A DNA stretch of 64,000 nucleotides. It comes from a virus. Lineage: Duplodnaviria > Caudoviricetes. Of the stretch, positions 17,875 to 28,049 are shown in pieces. The stretch is from IMG/VR virus record IMGVR_UViG_2706796753_000001, positions 64,001-128,000 of that record; one strand, given 5' to 3'. Below the pieces are notes generated by a model. That model was given only the letters and a program-made list of their open reading frames with translations. It did no database searches and was not told where the DNA came from. Position 1 is the stretch's first letter. Every line of letters starts with the position of its first letter. The translations under genes and the position numbers were made by a program.

Positions 17875-19773
17875 ATGAAGTGGATTAAACTAACCGTACA
17901 AAACTTCTTAGCGATTAACGAAGCTACGGTTGATTTAGATAATCAAGGGTTAATCCTTATTGAGGGGGACAACCAGAGTGATGATAAATACGGAAGTAAC
18001 GGTTCGGGTAAGAGTACATTAATACCTGAGTCTGTTGCATGGTGTTTATTTAATAAGATTTCTAAAGGGGCTAAAGCAGATGAGGTAGTCAACAATAAGA
18101 TTGGCAAAGATACTATGGTCTCTTTAGAAGGTGAGCTAGACGGTGATACATACATAATTACAAGATACAGAAAACATAGTAAGTTTGGCAATAAAGTAAA
18201 GGTGTCTCGTAACGGGACAGACATAACAGCAAAGACAGACCCAGATACAAATAAACTTATCGAAAAACTAGTAGGCGTTTCTCATCTAACATTCTTGAAT
18301 AGTATTCTATTTGCTCAAGGCGGCGGTCTTGGTGCTTTTGCATCTTTAACAGACTCTAGCAAGAAAGAAATTCTAGATAGCATTCTAAAACTAGATGTCT
18401 ATTCAAAGGCTCAAGAGATTGCTAAAGATATAGTAAAAGAGAGTCAAAAGAAGATTGACGAGAAAAACAAAGAACTTGAGAAGTTAGACTGGGAGCTGCA
18501 ACAAGTGGACAGGCTCGAACAAGAAGATATTAATCGATATGAGAGTACAAAACAATCACTTGCAGCAGAACGAGTAAAGCTAGGAGAAGTCATTAAGCAG
18601 CAAAACGACTATCCTGCAAAGTACTTTGGTTTCGTAGAGCATCATAGAGACGAGATAATCAAGTTGAAAGAAAGTTTAGAAGAGATTGCTAATATTGATG
18701 TATCTGTAGAAGAAGAAGCGTATTTAGAAGCGTACGACAAATTGAACAGCATGTCTAATAAAGAGAAAGAACTTACATATCAGAAGAACCAGCTTGTGAA
18801 AAACTACAAGCAATTAGACAGCTCGGATACGTGTCCGATGTGTGGTAATCCGATTGATACAACACATATTATAACAGAGCAGCAAGGTATTAGAAAACAG
18901 CTTGAACCAATCGTGTTAGAATTACGAGAACTCGCTCAATTACGAGACCAGTTAATAGCAGACTGTGATACGAAGAAAGCGGCTTATGAAGCTAAAAAGG
19001 TAGAGCAGAGTAAAGTTGTTATCAAGCAAAGCAGCATACATACAGAAATTCAAAATAAAGAATCATACATACGTACATACGAAAATAATCTACAGAAGCT
19101 TAAGCATAATGTAGAAATTGTAAAATCAAATATCGAAAAGTTAAGTACAGTCACAGAACCGAAGAAACGTGATGATGAACGTGCAGCAATCGAAGAGAAA
19201 ATTAAAGTAGCGAAAAAAGAACTTGTTGCTCTGGAGCTAGAGAAGAAGGAGAACGAGGACGTTGTTAAAGTATACTCCAATGAAGGAGTTAAGTCTCATG
19301 TATTAGACCTGATTACACCAGTATTGAATGAAAAAGGTAACAAGTACCTAAAACAATTAGCTGGTGAGAACATGGAGCTTGAGTTTAGTACGCGAACACT
19401 GAAAAAGGACAAGACATATTCAGATAAGTTCGATGTTAAACTGATGAACCATGTGGGCGGAGACAACTATAAATTAAATTCTGGTGGAGAGAAGAAACGA
19501 GCGGACTTAGCTATCTCCCTAGCATTACAAGACTTAATAGCAACACACACTAATTTTATTGTATACGATGAGGTATTCGATGCGTTAGATGATGTTGGAA
19601 TTGAATCAGTATTAGAGCTATTAAAAGAACGTGCGAAGGTTATTGGCTCGGTATTTGTTATTACACAAAGCAGCCACTTTAAAGCGTTATTTGAAAAGGT
19701 TATTACAATTACGAAGGATAAACACGGAATTTCAAGAATAGACAAAGGAGATAAACTGGATGAAGGTAATTAA
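17875..19773 (+). CDS. sbcC: SbcC/Rad50-like ATPase subunit
   Basis: GSNGSGKST Walker A, CPMC zinc hook in coiled coil, SGGEK signature, YDEVFDALD Walker B. Confidence 0.93.
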   Translation: MKWIKLTVQNFLAINEATVDLDNQGLILIEGDNQSDDKYGSNGSGKSTLIPESVAWCLFNKISKGAKADEVVNNKIGKDTMVSLEGELDGDTYIITRYRKHSKFGNKVKVSRNGTDITAKTDPDTNKLIEKLVGVSHLTFLNSILFAQGGGLGAFASLTDSSKKEILDSILKLDVYSKAQEIAKDIVKESQKKIDEKNKELEKLDWELQQVDRLEQEDINRYESTKQSLAAERVKLGEVIKQQNDYPAKYFGFVEHHRDEIIKLKESLEEIANIDVSVEEEAYLEAYDKLNSMSNKEKELTYQKNQLVKNYKQLDSSDTCPMCGNPIDTTHIITEQQGIRKQLEPIVLELRELAQLRDQLIADCDTKKAAYEAKKVEQSKVVIKQSSIHTEIQNKESYIRTYENNLQKLKHNVEIVKSNIEKLSTVTEPKKRDDERAAIEEKIKVAKKELVALELEKKENEDVVKVYSNEGVKSHVLDLITPVLNEKGNKYLKQLAGENMELEFSTRTLKKDKTYSDKFDVKLMNHVGGDNYKLNSGGEKKRADLAISLALQDLIATHTNFIVYDEVFDALDDVGIESVLELLKERAKVIGSVFVITQSSHFKALFEKVITITKDKHGISRIDKGDKLDEGN

Positions 19774-20371
19774 TTATAGTGAAGAGGAGATTCTATTACT
19801 ACTAGAAAGCACAGCTAAAGTGGATGACGGGGAGGCTAAAGAAGAGGTTGAAATCATTCTACCTAAAGATAATATCATCTACTGGTATCCACTGAATATG
19901 AACTATGAATACAAGTTCTCAGATGCGAAACAAATCATGTATCTAACATTAGATTCAATGAGCGAGGACGACAGCTACTCAGTTAAGAAAGCGAAACGAG
20001 CAAAACCATTACCAATTAAGGATGGAGTACCATACAAAGACGATGTGTTCTTAAACAACAGAGCGACATTAAAATGGGGTAGACGACAAGGTTTTATCGA
20101 TTACGATAAGAACTACAACTTCATTGGAGATAATGTAGAATCTACGAAATTAGTACTAGCTGCTGTAACAGCATTAAGAGAGAAGCTTACCGCTCGATAT
20201 ATCGAGAAGGAAGGTAATAAATCAGGTCTTGATGTCGAAGATGGTATCGGTTTAAGCCTATTCACCGACGAACAGGTATATCAGCTTGCTAATAAAAAAG
20301 AACGAGCAGAAATCAAATTACTAGGAGAAGTTTATACATACTTACGTGTCATGTACAGAGCTAACGCATAA
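19760..20371 (+). CDS. Conserved hypothetical protein (syntenic position often annotated anti-sigma-like)
   Basis: 203-aa ORF between SbcC and primase; AAAGGAG RBS; function by synteny only. Confidence 0.55.
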   Translation: MKVINYSEEEILLLLESTAKVDDGEAKEEVEIILPKDNIIYWYPLNMNYEYKFSDAKQIMYLTLDSMSEDDSYSVKKAKRAKPLPIKDGVPYKDDVFLNNRATLKWGRRQGFIDYDKNYNFIGDNVESTKLVLAAVTALREKLTARYIEKEGNKSGLDVEDGIGLSLFTDEQVYQLANKKERAEIKLLGEVYTYLRVMYRANA

Positions 20372-20382
20372 GAGGTGAGATA

Positions 20383-21465
20383 ATGTTTATTGATTTACTT
20401 GAACAAGAATTAGGAGATAGTAAGCCCGCTTCTGGTGGCGAGATACGATTCAATTGTCCGTTCTGCGGTAATGAGAAATATAAGTTCTATGTAGATGAGA
20501 GTCCTAAAGGTGGATGGCAATGTAAAAGGTGTGGAGAGTCTGGATATCCGATTGCATTTGTTATGAAACTATATGGAGTAGACTACAAAGAAGCAAAAGA
20601 TATTCTAGAAGTTTATGATTATCATGTAGGAGATTATAACGGAGAAAACATGTCTCACTCTAAGTACGGAGCGCACTTAACCGAAGAAGAGCAAGTACTC
20701 CTGTTTATAGCGAATCAAGGAGACATTATTCATGAGGAGCAAGACAAGCACGTGAAGTTAACTTGCCCTCGACCACCTACGAATTGCAAGTCATTATTAG
20801 AGAACTTCAATAATCCAGAGGCTTTCCCGTTCCTTACATACTTACATGGACGTGGAGTTACACTAGAACAAATTAAACATCATAACATCTGTTACGTGAC
20901 GGATGGGGTTTCGACATTAACAAATGGGAAAGAACTTCGATTAATCAATCACTTAGTATTCTTCGCGTTTGACAACAATGGTAAGGCGGTATACTGGAAT
21001 ACACGCTCTATAGAACCTAAACCATTCCTTAAGAGTTTGAACGCTCCAGCGAAGCCTACAGAGTACTCTAAGGCGACAGTGGTTATGAACTTGAATAGAG
21101 CTAGACACAAAGATAAGATTGTGATTGTGGAAGGCTTCTTTAATATGATTACGATAGGTAACGAAGCGGTCGTAACGTACGGGAAACAAGTATCTAAATC
21201 TCAGATTGAGAAGATATTAAAAGATACGAAAACAAAGCAGCCGCCGATTTACATTTACCTAGATAGAGACGGATGGGAAGAAGCTATTAAAGTAGCAACT
21301 AAAATCCATGAAGTGGATTCTAATAGAGCGGTCTACTATGTGTATAACGAAGATGATAGAGACCCGAATGAATTAGGGTACGAAGAAGCTTGGAATCGTA
21401 TTAACAATGCCATACCAGCCGATACAGAAGGCGAGACGATATGGCGAACATTACATTTACTTTAG
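20383..21465 (+). CDS. dnaG: DNA primase (zinc finger + TOPRIM)
   Basis: CPFC...CKRC zinc finger; IVEGFFN, YLDRDG, DPNE. Confidence 0.9.
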   Translation: MFIDLLEQELGDSKPASGGEIRFNCPFCGNEKYKFYVDESPKGGWQCKRCGESGYPIAFVMKLYGVDYKEAKDILEVYDYHVGDYNGENMSHSKYGAHLTEEEQVLLFIANQGDIIHEEQDKHVKLTCPRPPTNCKSLLENFNNPEAFPFLTYLHGRGVTLEQIKHHNICYVTDGVSTLTNGKELRLINHLVFFAFDNNGKAVYWNTRSIEPKPFLKSLNAPAKPTEYSKATVVMNLNRARHKDKIVIVEGFFNMITIGNEAVVTYGKQVSKSQIEKILKDTKTKQPPIYIYLDRDGWEEAIKVATKIHEVDSNRAVYYVYNEDDRDPNELGYEEAWNRINNAIPADTEGETIWRTLHLL

Positions 21466-21474
21466 GAGGTTAGT

Positions 21475-21600
21475 ATGGATAGACGACTATGGTTAGCAAT
21501 GGCTGAGAGGTTACGAGAAATCGCGGATAATACTGTTGATATAGTAACAGGTGAAGAACTAGACGAAATAATTGACAAAATATACGAACAATTTCTATAA
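21475..21600 (+). CDS. 41-aa hypothetical protein (not in ORF track)
   Basis: AGGAGG RBS; MDRRLWLAMAERLREIAD...EQFL fills the gap. Confidence 0.65.
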   Translation: MDRRLWLAMAERLREIADNTVDIVTGEELDEIIDKIYEQFL

Positions 21601-21606
21601 AACTCG

Positions 21607-21635
21607 TTGACAATCTATCAAATAAGTGATATACT
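21607..21635 (+). promoter_or_regulatory. SigA-type promoter for the dUTPase operon
   Basis: TTGACA-17-TATACT with extended TG. Confidence 0.85.
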
Positions 21636-21670
21636 TATAGATGTAAATAAATAAGAGGAGGAAACACATA

Positions 21671-22570
21671 ATGACTGACGAATTGAAAGTATCAAAAGAA
21701 CCACTTACGGTTGGTAATATCATGCCAAAGGAGTTATCTGAGTTAATCGGAGAGAAACCAGAAGCTGAGGTGGATATTCACCCTTACCCAGAACAACTTA
21801 AAGTAGATATCGTTATTGGTGACGGTTACTTACCTGAGAACGCTCATGGTAATGATTTTTGTGATGATATCCGCGCGGCAGAAGGACGCTTAGTGCCACC
21901 GAGCACATTTGGTTCTGTGCTAGTACCTACAGGATTGAAAACAGCTTTCTCGGATGCTTATGGTATGAAAGCTAACACTCGAAGTGGTTCTGCATATCAT
22001 ACACCGATTATGTTATCAAATTGCACTGGTATTATTGAAGGTACATATCGAGGATACTTAGGTATTCTATTACGAAACGTGTTTATTGATTCTACATTAG
22101 TAGATTTTGTTATGGATTCTAAAGGTAAACGAATCCCGTTATCCGAAGTTCCACCAGAGGTTCTTGAGAACGCTCGTGAATTCTATGAAAAAGATTCCGA
22201 GACACTAGGGTATGACAAACCTAGTACTATGGAAGAATTCGATAAAGAACTAGAATCTTGGAAGAAACGTAAAGCTGCTGGGGAGTTTGCTATTTCTCGA
22301 CTTACAGAAATTCGTAAAAAACTTGACGCTGGAAAACAATTAACAATGCGCGAGAAGGATACATGGTTAGACCAAAATGCTCCGCAACCAACATCGCAGC
22401 AACGTCTATTTGTAGACTTAGTACCTCGTGGGACTATCTACATCGAGAAAGGTGAACGAATTGCTCAAATCCATTACCAACCACGAATCAAAGCTAGATA
22501 TCATGTAGTGGACGAGCTAGATGAGACAGTTCGCGGAGATAGCTCATATGGTGGTACAGGTCGCCTATGA
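21671..22570 (+). CDS. dut: Trimeric dUTPase-like protein with a large internal insertion
   Basis: VPTGL, RSG (motif II), GIIEGTYRG (variant motif III), GERIAQ (IV), RGDSSYGGTG (V). Confidence 0.82.
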   Translation: MTDELKVSKEPLTVGNIMPKELSELIGEKPEAEVDIHPYPEQLKVDIVIGDGYLPENAHGNDFCDDIRAAEGRLVPPSTFGSVLVPTGLKTAFSDAYGMKANTRSGSAYHTPIMLSNCTGIIEGTYRGYLGILLRNVFIDSTLVDFVMDSKGKRIPLSEVPPEVLENAREFYEKDSETLGYDKPSTMEEFDKELESWKKRKAAGEFAISRLTEIRKKLDAGKQLTMREKDTWLDQNAPQPTSQQRLFVDLVPRGTIYIEKGERIAQIHYQPRIKARYHVVDELDETVRGDSSYGGTGRL

Positions 22571-22836
22571 TTACATTATGCGTAATTGGCTACGTGTTAC
22601 TATCTCTAGTTATCTACTACAACTATTGGAAAGAAAACTATGATAGAGACCGCGAGGAGTGGATTATGAAAGAGTCAGCAAAGAAAGGTATATGGATTTC
22701 TTTCTCTGTAATCCCGATTCTATTGTTTGGTATTGGAGTTGTTTGCGGGGTTTTAATTTTAGGGTTCTTGCTAGTAGGGCTCGTAGTAGGTTGGGTTGTA
22801 GATTTAGTTATGTGGATTTTAACAACTATGCCGTAG
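22567..22836 (+). CDS. Membrane protein
   Basis: Long hydrophobic segments; ATGA overlap. Confidence 0.65.
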   Translation: MITLCVIGYVLLSLVIYYNYWKENYDRDREEWIMKESAKKGIWISFSVIPILLFGIGVVCGVLILGFLLVGLVVGWVVDLVMWILTTMP

Positions 22837-22848
22837 AGGAGGATACAC

Positions 22849-23136
22849 ATGCAGACTAAAGTTACTGATTACATAGAGGCGATTATCGCAGCGAAACTAG
22901 CTAATGATGGTAAAACTCTCATGCATCTTCGTGATGGCGCGAAAGGTGAAGTAGTAGACCTGTACGATGTAGCAGAAGCTATCTTTGACGTAACAAATGA
23001 CATCATTATACATATTGACACATCACAAGCTATCAACGAAGCTAGACTTAGATTGATAGTAGAGAAACTATCAGAAGACATACAACTTGACATCTACGAC
23101 GCCTTCGATGCGCGCGGAGATGAACTATTTAAATAA
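22849..23136 (+). CDS. Conserved hypothetical protein
   Basis: GAGGAGG RBS; syntenic position before the resolvase. Confidence 0.75.
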   Translation: MQTKVTDYIEAIIAAKLANDGKTLMHLRDGAKGEVVDLYDVAEAIFDVTNDIIIHIDTSQAINEARLRLIVEKLSEDIQLDIYDAFDARGDELFK

Positions 23137-23154
23137 AAGGAGACTAATACATAC

Positions 23155-23577
23155 ATGGGTAAAACATTAACAAATTCACAATTAACAAAAGCGGTAGATA
23201 CGCTGCAAGAAGAAATCGCGATTATGCAAGGTTCATTATCTCTAGAGGACATGAAAACATATATTGAATACTTACACTCAGGTGTCGTAACATCAGAAGA
23301 ACATGCAGCAGTTATCCGACGCCTTTCACAAGAACCAGCATCTATTGAGGATGCTACACTAATCGCTCGGTTCTCTTTAACTCAAATCTTGGACGAGCTA
23401 GAAAACAAACTTACAGAAGTTATGAAGACAGTTCAAATCCAAGGTAGAGTACTTAAGAAATTAGGTGCTACAGAAGAAATGATTGATGAGGCAGCAGTAG
23501 AACACGCACAACAAGTGGCGGAAATGTTTAAGTTAGTAAATGCTAAAGCAGAAGAGCAAAAACCTGAGGAGAACTAA
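23155..23577 (+). CDS. Conserved hypothetical helical protein
   Basis: AAAGGAG RBS; 140 aa. Confidence 0.75.
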   Translation: MGKTLTNSQLTKAVDTLQEEIAIMQGSLSLEDMKTYIEYLHSGVVTSEEHAAVIRRLSQEPASIEDATLIARFSLTQILDELENKLTEVMKTVQIQGRVLKKLGATEEMIDEAAVEHAQQVAEMFKLVNAKAEEQKPEEN

Positions 23578-23602
23578 TCTCCTCTCCTTTAAGGAGGTTC
23601 AC

Positions 23603-23797
23603 ATGAAAAAACTAGTAATGGAAGTATTAGTCATTGGTGACGGGGTATCTCCTCTTAAGAAGGGTGAACGATATCCTGTAATCAACGCAAATGTAAATGG
23701 CTATGCTGGATGGATTACTGTACGTGGTGAAGGTCATAAAATACATATGAATTTACAAAATAAGAACGTGAGAGTATACGGGAAAGGAGTTCGTTGA
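23603..23797 (+). CDS. Small hypothetical protein
   Basis: AAGGAGG RBS before ATG 23603. Confidence 0.7.
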   Translation: MKKLVMEVLVIGDGVSPLKKGERYPVINANVNGYAGWITVRGEGHKIHMNLQNKNVRVYGKGVR

Positions 23798-24361
23798 TTG
23801 GCTAGTCAAGGTCGTGGCGCTAAACAGAAAGGCGCATCAGCAGAATTAAAAATCGCTAAGATTCTTGGTGAATGGAGTGGCGAGAACGTACATAGAGTAC
23901 CTCAGTCAGGTGCAGGAGGTACACGATTCGGAACAGACACACGAATGGTAGGAGATATCACATTCCCTGTAAATAGTCAGAACTGTTTCGTATATGAATC
24001 GAAGAAACAAGAAGGTTGGGAATTAGCTAACTTGTTCAAAGGTACAGGTAAGATTAAGGAATGGTTTAATCAGGTAGTAGACGATGCTAGACGTATGAAA
24101 TCACTAGGCATGTCACCTTGTCTGATGTTCTCTAAAAATAGAGATATAATCTATGTACTTATCCCCTACACAGATGAGTTTTACGAAGTGTTAGATAAGA
24201 GTTTCCCAGTATCTAGACAGACAGTATCCTATAAAGACTTCCGTGATGAGGAGCAATCGTTCGATACTCTTCTAACAACAATTGAAGGGTTCACATCGGT
24301 AGATAAATATTGGTTGTTTGATTTATATCGCAACCTAGAGTGGGATATTCGAAATAACTAG
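23798..24361 (+). CDS. Holliday junction resolvase (PD-(D/E)XK)
   Basis: KQKGASAELKIAKIL, RVPQSGA, GDI, YESKKQE. Confidence 0.85.
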   Translation: MASQGRGAKQKGASAELKIAKILGEWSGENVHRVPQSGAGGTRFGTDTRMVGDITFPVNSQNCFVYESKKQEGWELANLFKGTGKIKEWFNQVVDDARRMKSLGMSPCLMFSKNRDIIYVLIPYTDEFYEVLDKSFPVSRQTVSYKDFRDEEQSFDTLLTTIEGFTSVDKYWLFDLYRNLEWDIRNN

Positions 24362-24377
24362 TCGAAGTATTATATTA
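24351..24377 (+). promoter_or_regulatory. Candidate phage-sigma promoter upstream of nrdA
   Basis: GAAATA-N11-TATTATATTA; identical spacing at 49565 and 59914. Confidence 0.55.
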
Positions 24378-24411
24378 TGTATCATGAAAAATGAAAGAGG
24401 GGATTTATTGA

Positions 24412-26733
24412 ATGACGGTTATTACCAAAAATAGAGAGTCTTATGTCCAAGAGAAAGAATTTGACGCAACACGTTTTGTGGACTTCGTTGATAGCATTAT
24501 CGATGAGACAAAAGACAAAGAAAAATTGAATTCAGAAGAGCTGCAAGAAATTACGGATACAGTACTTTCATTCGTATCTGCTAAAAAACAAGTAGACGCA
24601 TCATCATTATTTACATATCTAATTCGTGAAGCACAAGCGCGAGTTACAACAGACAATCTAGAATTACTTAACTTTACAGCAGCAGTATTTTTACGTTCCA
24701 TGTACAAGGAAGCTAGTAAACTACGAGGCTTCAACTATAAGGATGGTTATGGAGACTACGCTTCACACGTAGTAGCAATGGTAGAGCGAGGCAAGTATTC
24801 GCAAGTTCTATTAGACGCATATACTCGTGAAGAGCTAGAAGAAGCTGGTAAGCTTATCAAAATGGAAAAAGATAAGATGTTCAGTCACAGTGGACTTCAA
24901 ACACTTAAGAAAACATTCTTAATACATAATGATAAAGGTAAGTTAGTAGAACTTCCTCAAGAGCGTTTCCTAACAGTAGCGCTATACTTAATGCATAAAG
25001 AAGATAAAGAAAAACGTATGGACTTTGTACGAGAAGCTTACTACGTACTATCAGAACATTACGTGGGGTTAGCAACACCGACACTTAAAAATGCTGGTGC
25101 GCCGCACGGCTCATTATCATCTTGTCACATTTTAACAATGGATGATACATTAGAAAGTATCTTTGATGTTATCAAACAAATTGCTAAGTTCTCTCGTGAA
25201 GGTTCGGGTATCGGTATCTTCGGAGGATTCTTACGTGCTCGTGGTTCTCGTATCCGTGGAGTGAAAGTTACAAACAATGGTATTTTACACCCTGCTCGAC
25301 TATTATCAGTACTAGCAGAGTATGTAGACCAGACAGGAACGCGTAAAGCTGGAGTAGCATTATACCTTCCTGTGTGGCATGCAGATATCATGGACTTCCT
25401 AGAGTTACGATTGAAGACAGGTACGCAAGAGAAACGCGCTCACTCTATTACAACAGGAGTTACATTGCCTGATGAATTTATGAGACGTTTACGTGATGGC
25501 GGAGTATTCACAGTGTTTGACCCTTACGAAGTTAAACAAAAGCTTGGTATCGACTTGAATAAGCAATATGACAAGAAGATTCTTAAGAAAGGTGAAACAC
25601 CAAACCCTATCGACCATGCATTTACATACTGGTATCGTGAAGCTGAGAAATTAGACTTAGAGATTAAAACAGTATTAAGTGTAAAAGATATCTACAAGAA
25701 AATCTTTATAGCTCGTAGAACTGGTGGAACACCATACTTATACTTCTCAGATACAAGCGCTCGTTTGAATCCGAACGAACATGAAGGTATGCCTTACGGC
25801 TCTAACTTATGTACGGAAATCATCATGAACATGTCTTACGATGATGTTATCAATGATGGTGAAGACGAAGAAGGATTCGTAGTATACAAAGTAAAACACG
25901 GTGACCTTGTAACATGTAACTTAAGCTCTACAGCAGCTCATCGTACACACTACTTATCTGACGAAGAGTTCCAGCGAGTGGTCAACATTCAAATGCGTAT
26001 GCTAGATAATGTTATCACAATGGGACGTTTAGTAGTTGGGCAAGCAGTTAAGACAAATAACAAATATCGTGCTGTCGGTGCGGGCGTACTAGGTATGGCT
26101 ACATTGCTTACAGACTTAGGTATTAGTTGGGAGTCTAACGAAGCAACAGAGTTTGTAGGAGCGTTCTATAAGCGCTATCTAAAAGCGAAATTGATTGCTT
26201 CTCATGAGTTAGCAGTAGAGAAAGGTTCATATCCACTGTTTGAGGGCTCTGATTGGCAGACAGGAGCGTTTTTCGATAAACGAGGATTTACGGGCTCTGA
26301 ATGGGATAAATACCGCGAGATGGCTTCTAAGGGCATTCGTTTCGGATATCACTCTGCAACAGCCCCTACCGCAACAAATAGTATTGTTGTGAACGGCTCT
26401 CCTTCGATTGACCCACTGTATAATGTAGTGTACAACGAAGCGAAAGCTGGGGTGCAAGTTCTTATTGCTCCACCTAACTACAACAATAAAACAAAATGGT
26501 TCTACAAGTCAGGGTTTGAGATGGACGAGATGTGGTCTATTAATCACGTAGCGGCTGCTCAATTATACACTGACCAAGGAATCTCTCATAACATGCACGT
26601 TTCTAGTAAAATCAAAGGCTCTGAAATGCTTCGATTAGACTTAGCTGCATGGGAGAAAGGTTTAAAAACAATCTACTATACTCATACAGAGGATAGAGAG
26701 AAACCAGCAGATTGCATTATGTGTGCAGGTTAA
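24412..26733 (+). CDS. nrdA: Class I ribonucleotide reductase alpha subunit
   Basis: ATPTLKNAG, LSSCH, SNLCTEI, CNLSS, APTAT, GLKTIYY, C-terminal CIMC; no intron or intein evident. Confidence 0.95.
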   Translation: MTVITKNRESYVQEKEFDATRFVDFVDSIIDETKDKEKLNSEELQEITDTVLSFVSAKKQVDASSLFTYLIREAQARVTTDNLELLNFTAAVFLRSMYKEASKLRGFNYKDGYGDYASHVVAMVERGKYSQVLLDAYTREELEEAGKLIKMEKDKMFSHSGLQTLKKTFLIHNDKGKLVELPQERFLTVALYLMHKEDKEKRMDFVREAYYVLSEHYVGLATPTLKNAGAPHGSLSSCHILTMDDTLESIFDVIKQIAKFSREGSGIGIFGGFLRARGSRIRGVKVTNNGILHPARLLSVLAEYVDQTGTRKAGVALYLPVWHADIMDFLELRLKTGTQEKRAHSITTGVTLPDEFMRRLRDGGVFTVFDPYEVKQKLGIDLNKQYDKKILKKGETPNPIDHAFTYWYREAEKLDLEIKTVLSVKDIYKKIFIARRTGGTPYLYFSDTSARLNPNEHEGMPYGSNLCTEIIMNMSYDDVINDGEDEEGFVVYKVKHGDLVTCNLSSTAAHRTHYLSDEEFQRVVNIQMRMLDNVITMGRLVVGQAVKTNNKYRAVGAGVLGMATLLTDLGISWESNEATEFVGAFYKRYLKAKLIASHELAVEKGSYPLFEGSDWQTGAFFDKRGFTGSEWDKYREMASKGIRFGYHSATAPTATNSIVVNGSPSIDPLYNVVYNEAKAGVQVLIAPPNYNNKTKWFYKSGFEMDEMWSINHVAAAQLYTDQGISHNMHVSSKIKGSEMLRLDLAAWEKGLKTIYYTHTEDREKPADCIMCAG

Positions 26734-26734
26734 T

Positions 26735-26926
26735 ATGAGATTTAAGCTAAAGAACCACTCTGATAACATTGGGGCAGGGGAACGAAAAGTAACACAGTTC
26801 CTCTGGCTTCCTAAGCTTATCGGTAAGGAGTGGAGATGGCTGGAGACATCCTCTTATGTTCAAATCTATCAGTTCGGTATGTGGGAAACTTTAAGATGGG
26901 TAGACGATAAGGAGCGAAAGATATGA
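26735..26926 (+). CDS. Hypothetical Trp-rich protein
   Basis: FLWLPKLIGKEWRWLE; fills the gap after nrdA. Confidence 0.65.
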   Translation: MRFKLKNHSDNIGAGERKVTQFLWLPKLIGKEWRWLETSSYVQIYQFGMWETLRWVDDKERKI

Positions 26927-27153
26927 GTACATATTATACCATTGCTTGCCACACTTGCCAAAAGAGAATTGAGATGGGCGGGTATAGTCGAGAGTACGTA
27001 GCTACATACGCTGGGGTTTGGTTAGCGTATTCACATATCGGACATGAAGTAACAGTTCTACACGATGTTACAGGGTACGATGAAGACTATGACGCATTGT
27101 ACGACAAGGTGCAAGAATATGGAGAAATTGAGTTTAAAAGAGTAGAAAAGTAA
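26923..27153 (+). CDS. Hypothetical protein with CxxC...HxxH putative Zn site
   Basis: CHTC and HIGH; AAGGAG RBS. Confidence 0.7.
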   Translation: MSTYYTIACHTCQKRIEMGGYSREYVATYAGVWLAYSHIGHEVTVLHDVTGYDEDYDALYDKVQEYGEIEFKRVEK

Positions 27154-27182
27154 TTGACAAAAAAGACAGAATAGTGTAAAAT
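27154..27182 (+). promoter_or_regulatory. SigA-type promoter overlapped by a long inverted repeat
   Basis: TTGACA-17-TAAAAT. Confidence 0.7.
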
Positions 27183-27227
27183 ATTACTTGTAAGAGTGAG
27201 TACTTATAATAATATTTTACGCTATTT
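27169..27227 (+). repeat. About 24-bp imperfect inverted repeat
   Basis: aatagtgtaaaatattacttgtaag / cttataataatattttacgctatt with an 8-nt loop. Confidence 0.85.
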
Positions 27228-27249
27228 TTATTTATGAGGAGGAGAAGAA

Positions 27250-27522
27250 ATGGGGTACGCTAAAGTTAGTGGAAAGAATGTAGTTATTACGTTACCTATC
27301 GATTTACTTCAAGTAGCTTTCGATAATAATCCTAATAACTATGATGAAGAGCTTAAGGTGAAATTTAAACGTAAGTTTGCACAAGGGTTTGTAGATTTAG
27401 TTAACAATGGTTATGAAGATAGCGAGACGGGGTTAACCGTGTTCCAAGAGTGGATTGACTCTATCTTTAACGAAATGGTTGACAGCGACGCTGATTATAT
27501 TAAATATCCTAAGGAGGACTAA
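27250..27522 (+). CDS. Hypothetical protein
   Basis: GAGGAGG RBS. Confidence 0.75.
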   Translation: MGYAKVSGKNVVITLPIDLLQVAFDNNPNNYDEELKVKFKRKFAQGFVDLVNNGYEDSETGLTVFQEWIDSIFNEMVDSDADYIKYPKED

Positions 27523-27523
27523 A

Positions 27524-27802
27524 ATGAGAGAAATTAGTTTAGAACAAGGTAAGTATACGATTGTAGTAGATTTTGATAATGGTGTGTTTAAAGCTTTACG
27601 TTATGGTGAAGAATGGCAGAACTTAATGGGGGACAAGCTTACGTTAGCTTTAATTCATGAGTTGGAGCACACGAAAGACCGATTAAGTGAGGCAGAGGAT
27701 TTATTGGGTGACGCTCATAGTTTGATGGGTAACGTGCATTGCTATGATACAGAAGAGGCGCATGCGATTAACGCATTCCTGTACGGTGATTCTAATGAGT
27801 GA
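27524..27802 (+). CDS. Hypothetical protein
   Basis: AAGGAGG RBS before ATG 27524; ALRYGEEW motif. Confidence 0.75.
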   Translation: MREISLEQGKYTIVVDFDNGVFKALRYGEEWQNLMGDKLTLALIHELEHTKDRLSEAEDLLGDAHSLMGNVHCYDTEEAHAINAFLYGDSNE

Positions 27803-28049
27803 TGCGATTACTTTATGGGGAGAATTCGTTGTAAGGAGAATCACAAAACGGTCAGGTGCAGCAGCTTTCAAACATATTAAAGTAGATGATGTTATCAAGT
27901 TTGTATGGGATTTAAATGGTTCTTATGCATCAACAGCTCCTAAAGTCAAGGTATTTGTAAATGATAAATACGTAGATGAGAAGAGCGCAGCAAATCTTAA
28001 GAACATTTTATATAACTTTGAACTGGAGGAGATTGATAATGCCATCTAA
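27795..28049 (+). CDS. Hypothetical protein
   Basis: ATG 27795 overlapping the previous stop. Confidence 0.65.
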   Translation: MSDAITLWGEFVVRRITKRSGAAAFKHIKVDDVIKFVWDLNGSYASTAPKVKVFVNDKYVDEKSAANLKNILYNFELEEIDNAI

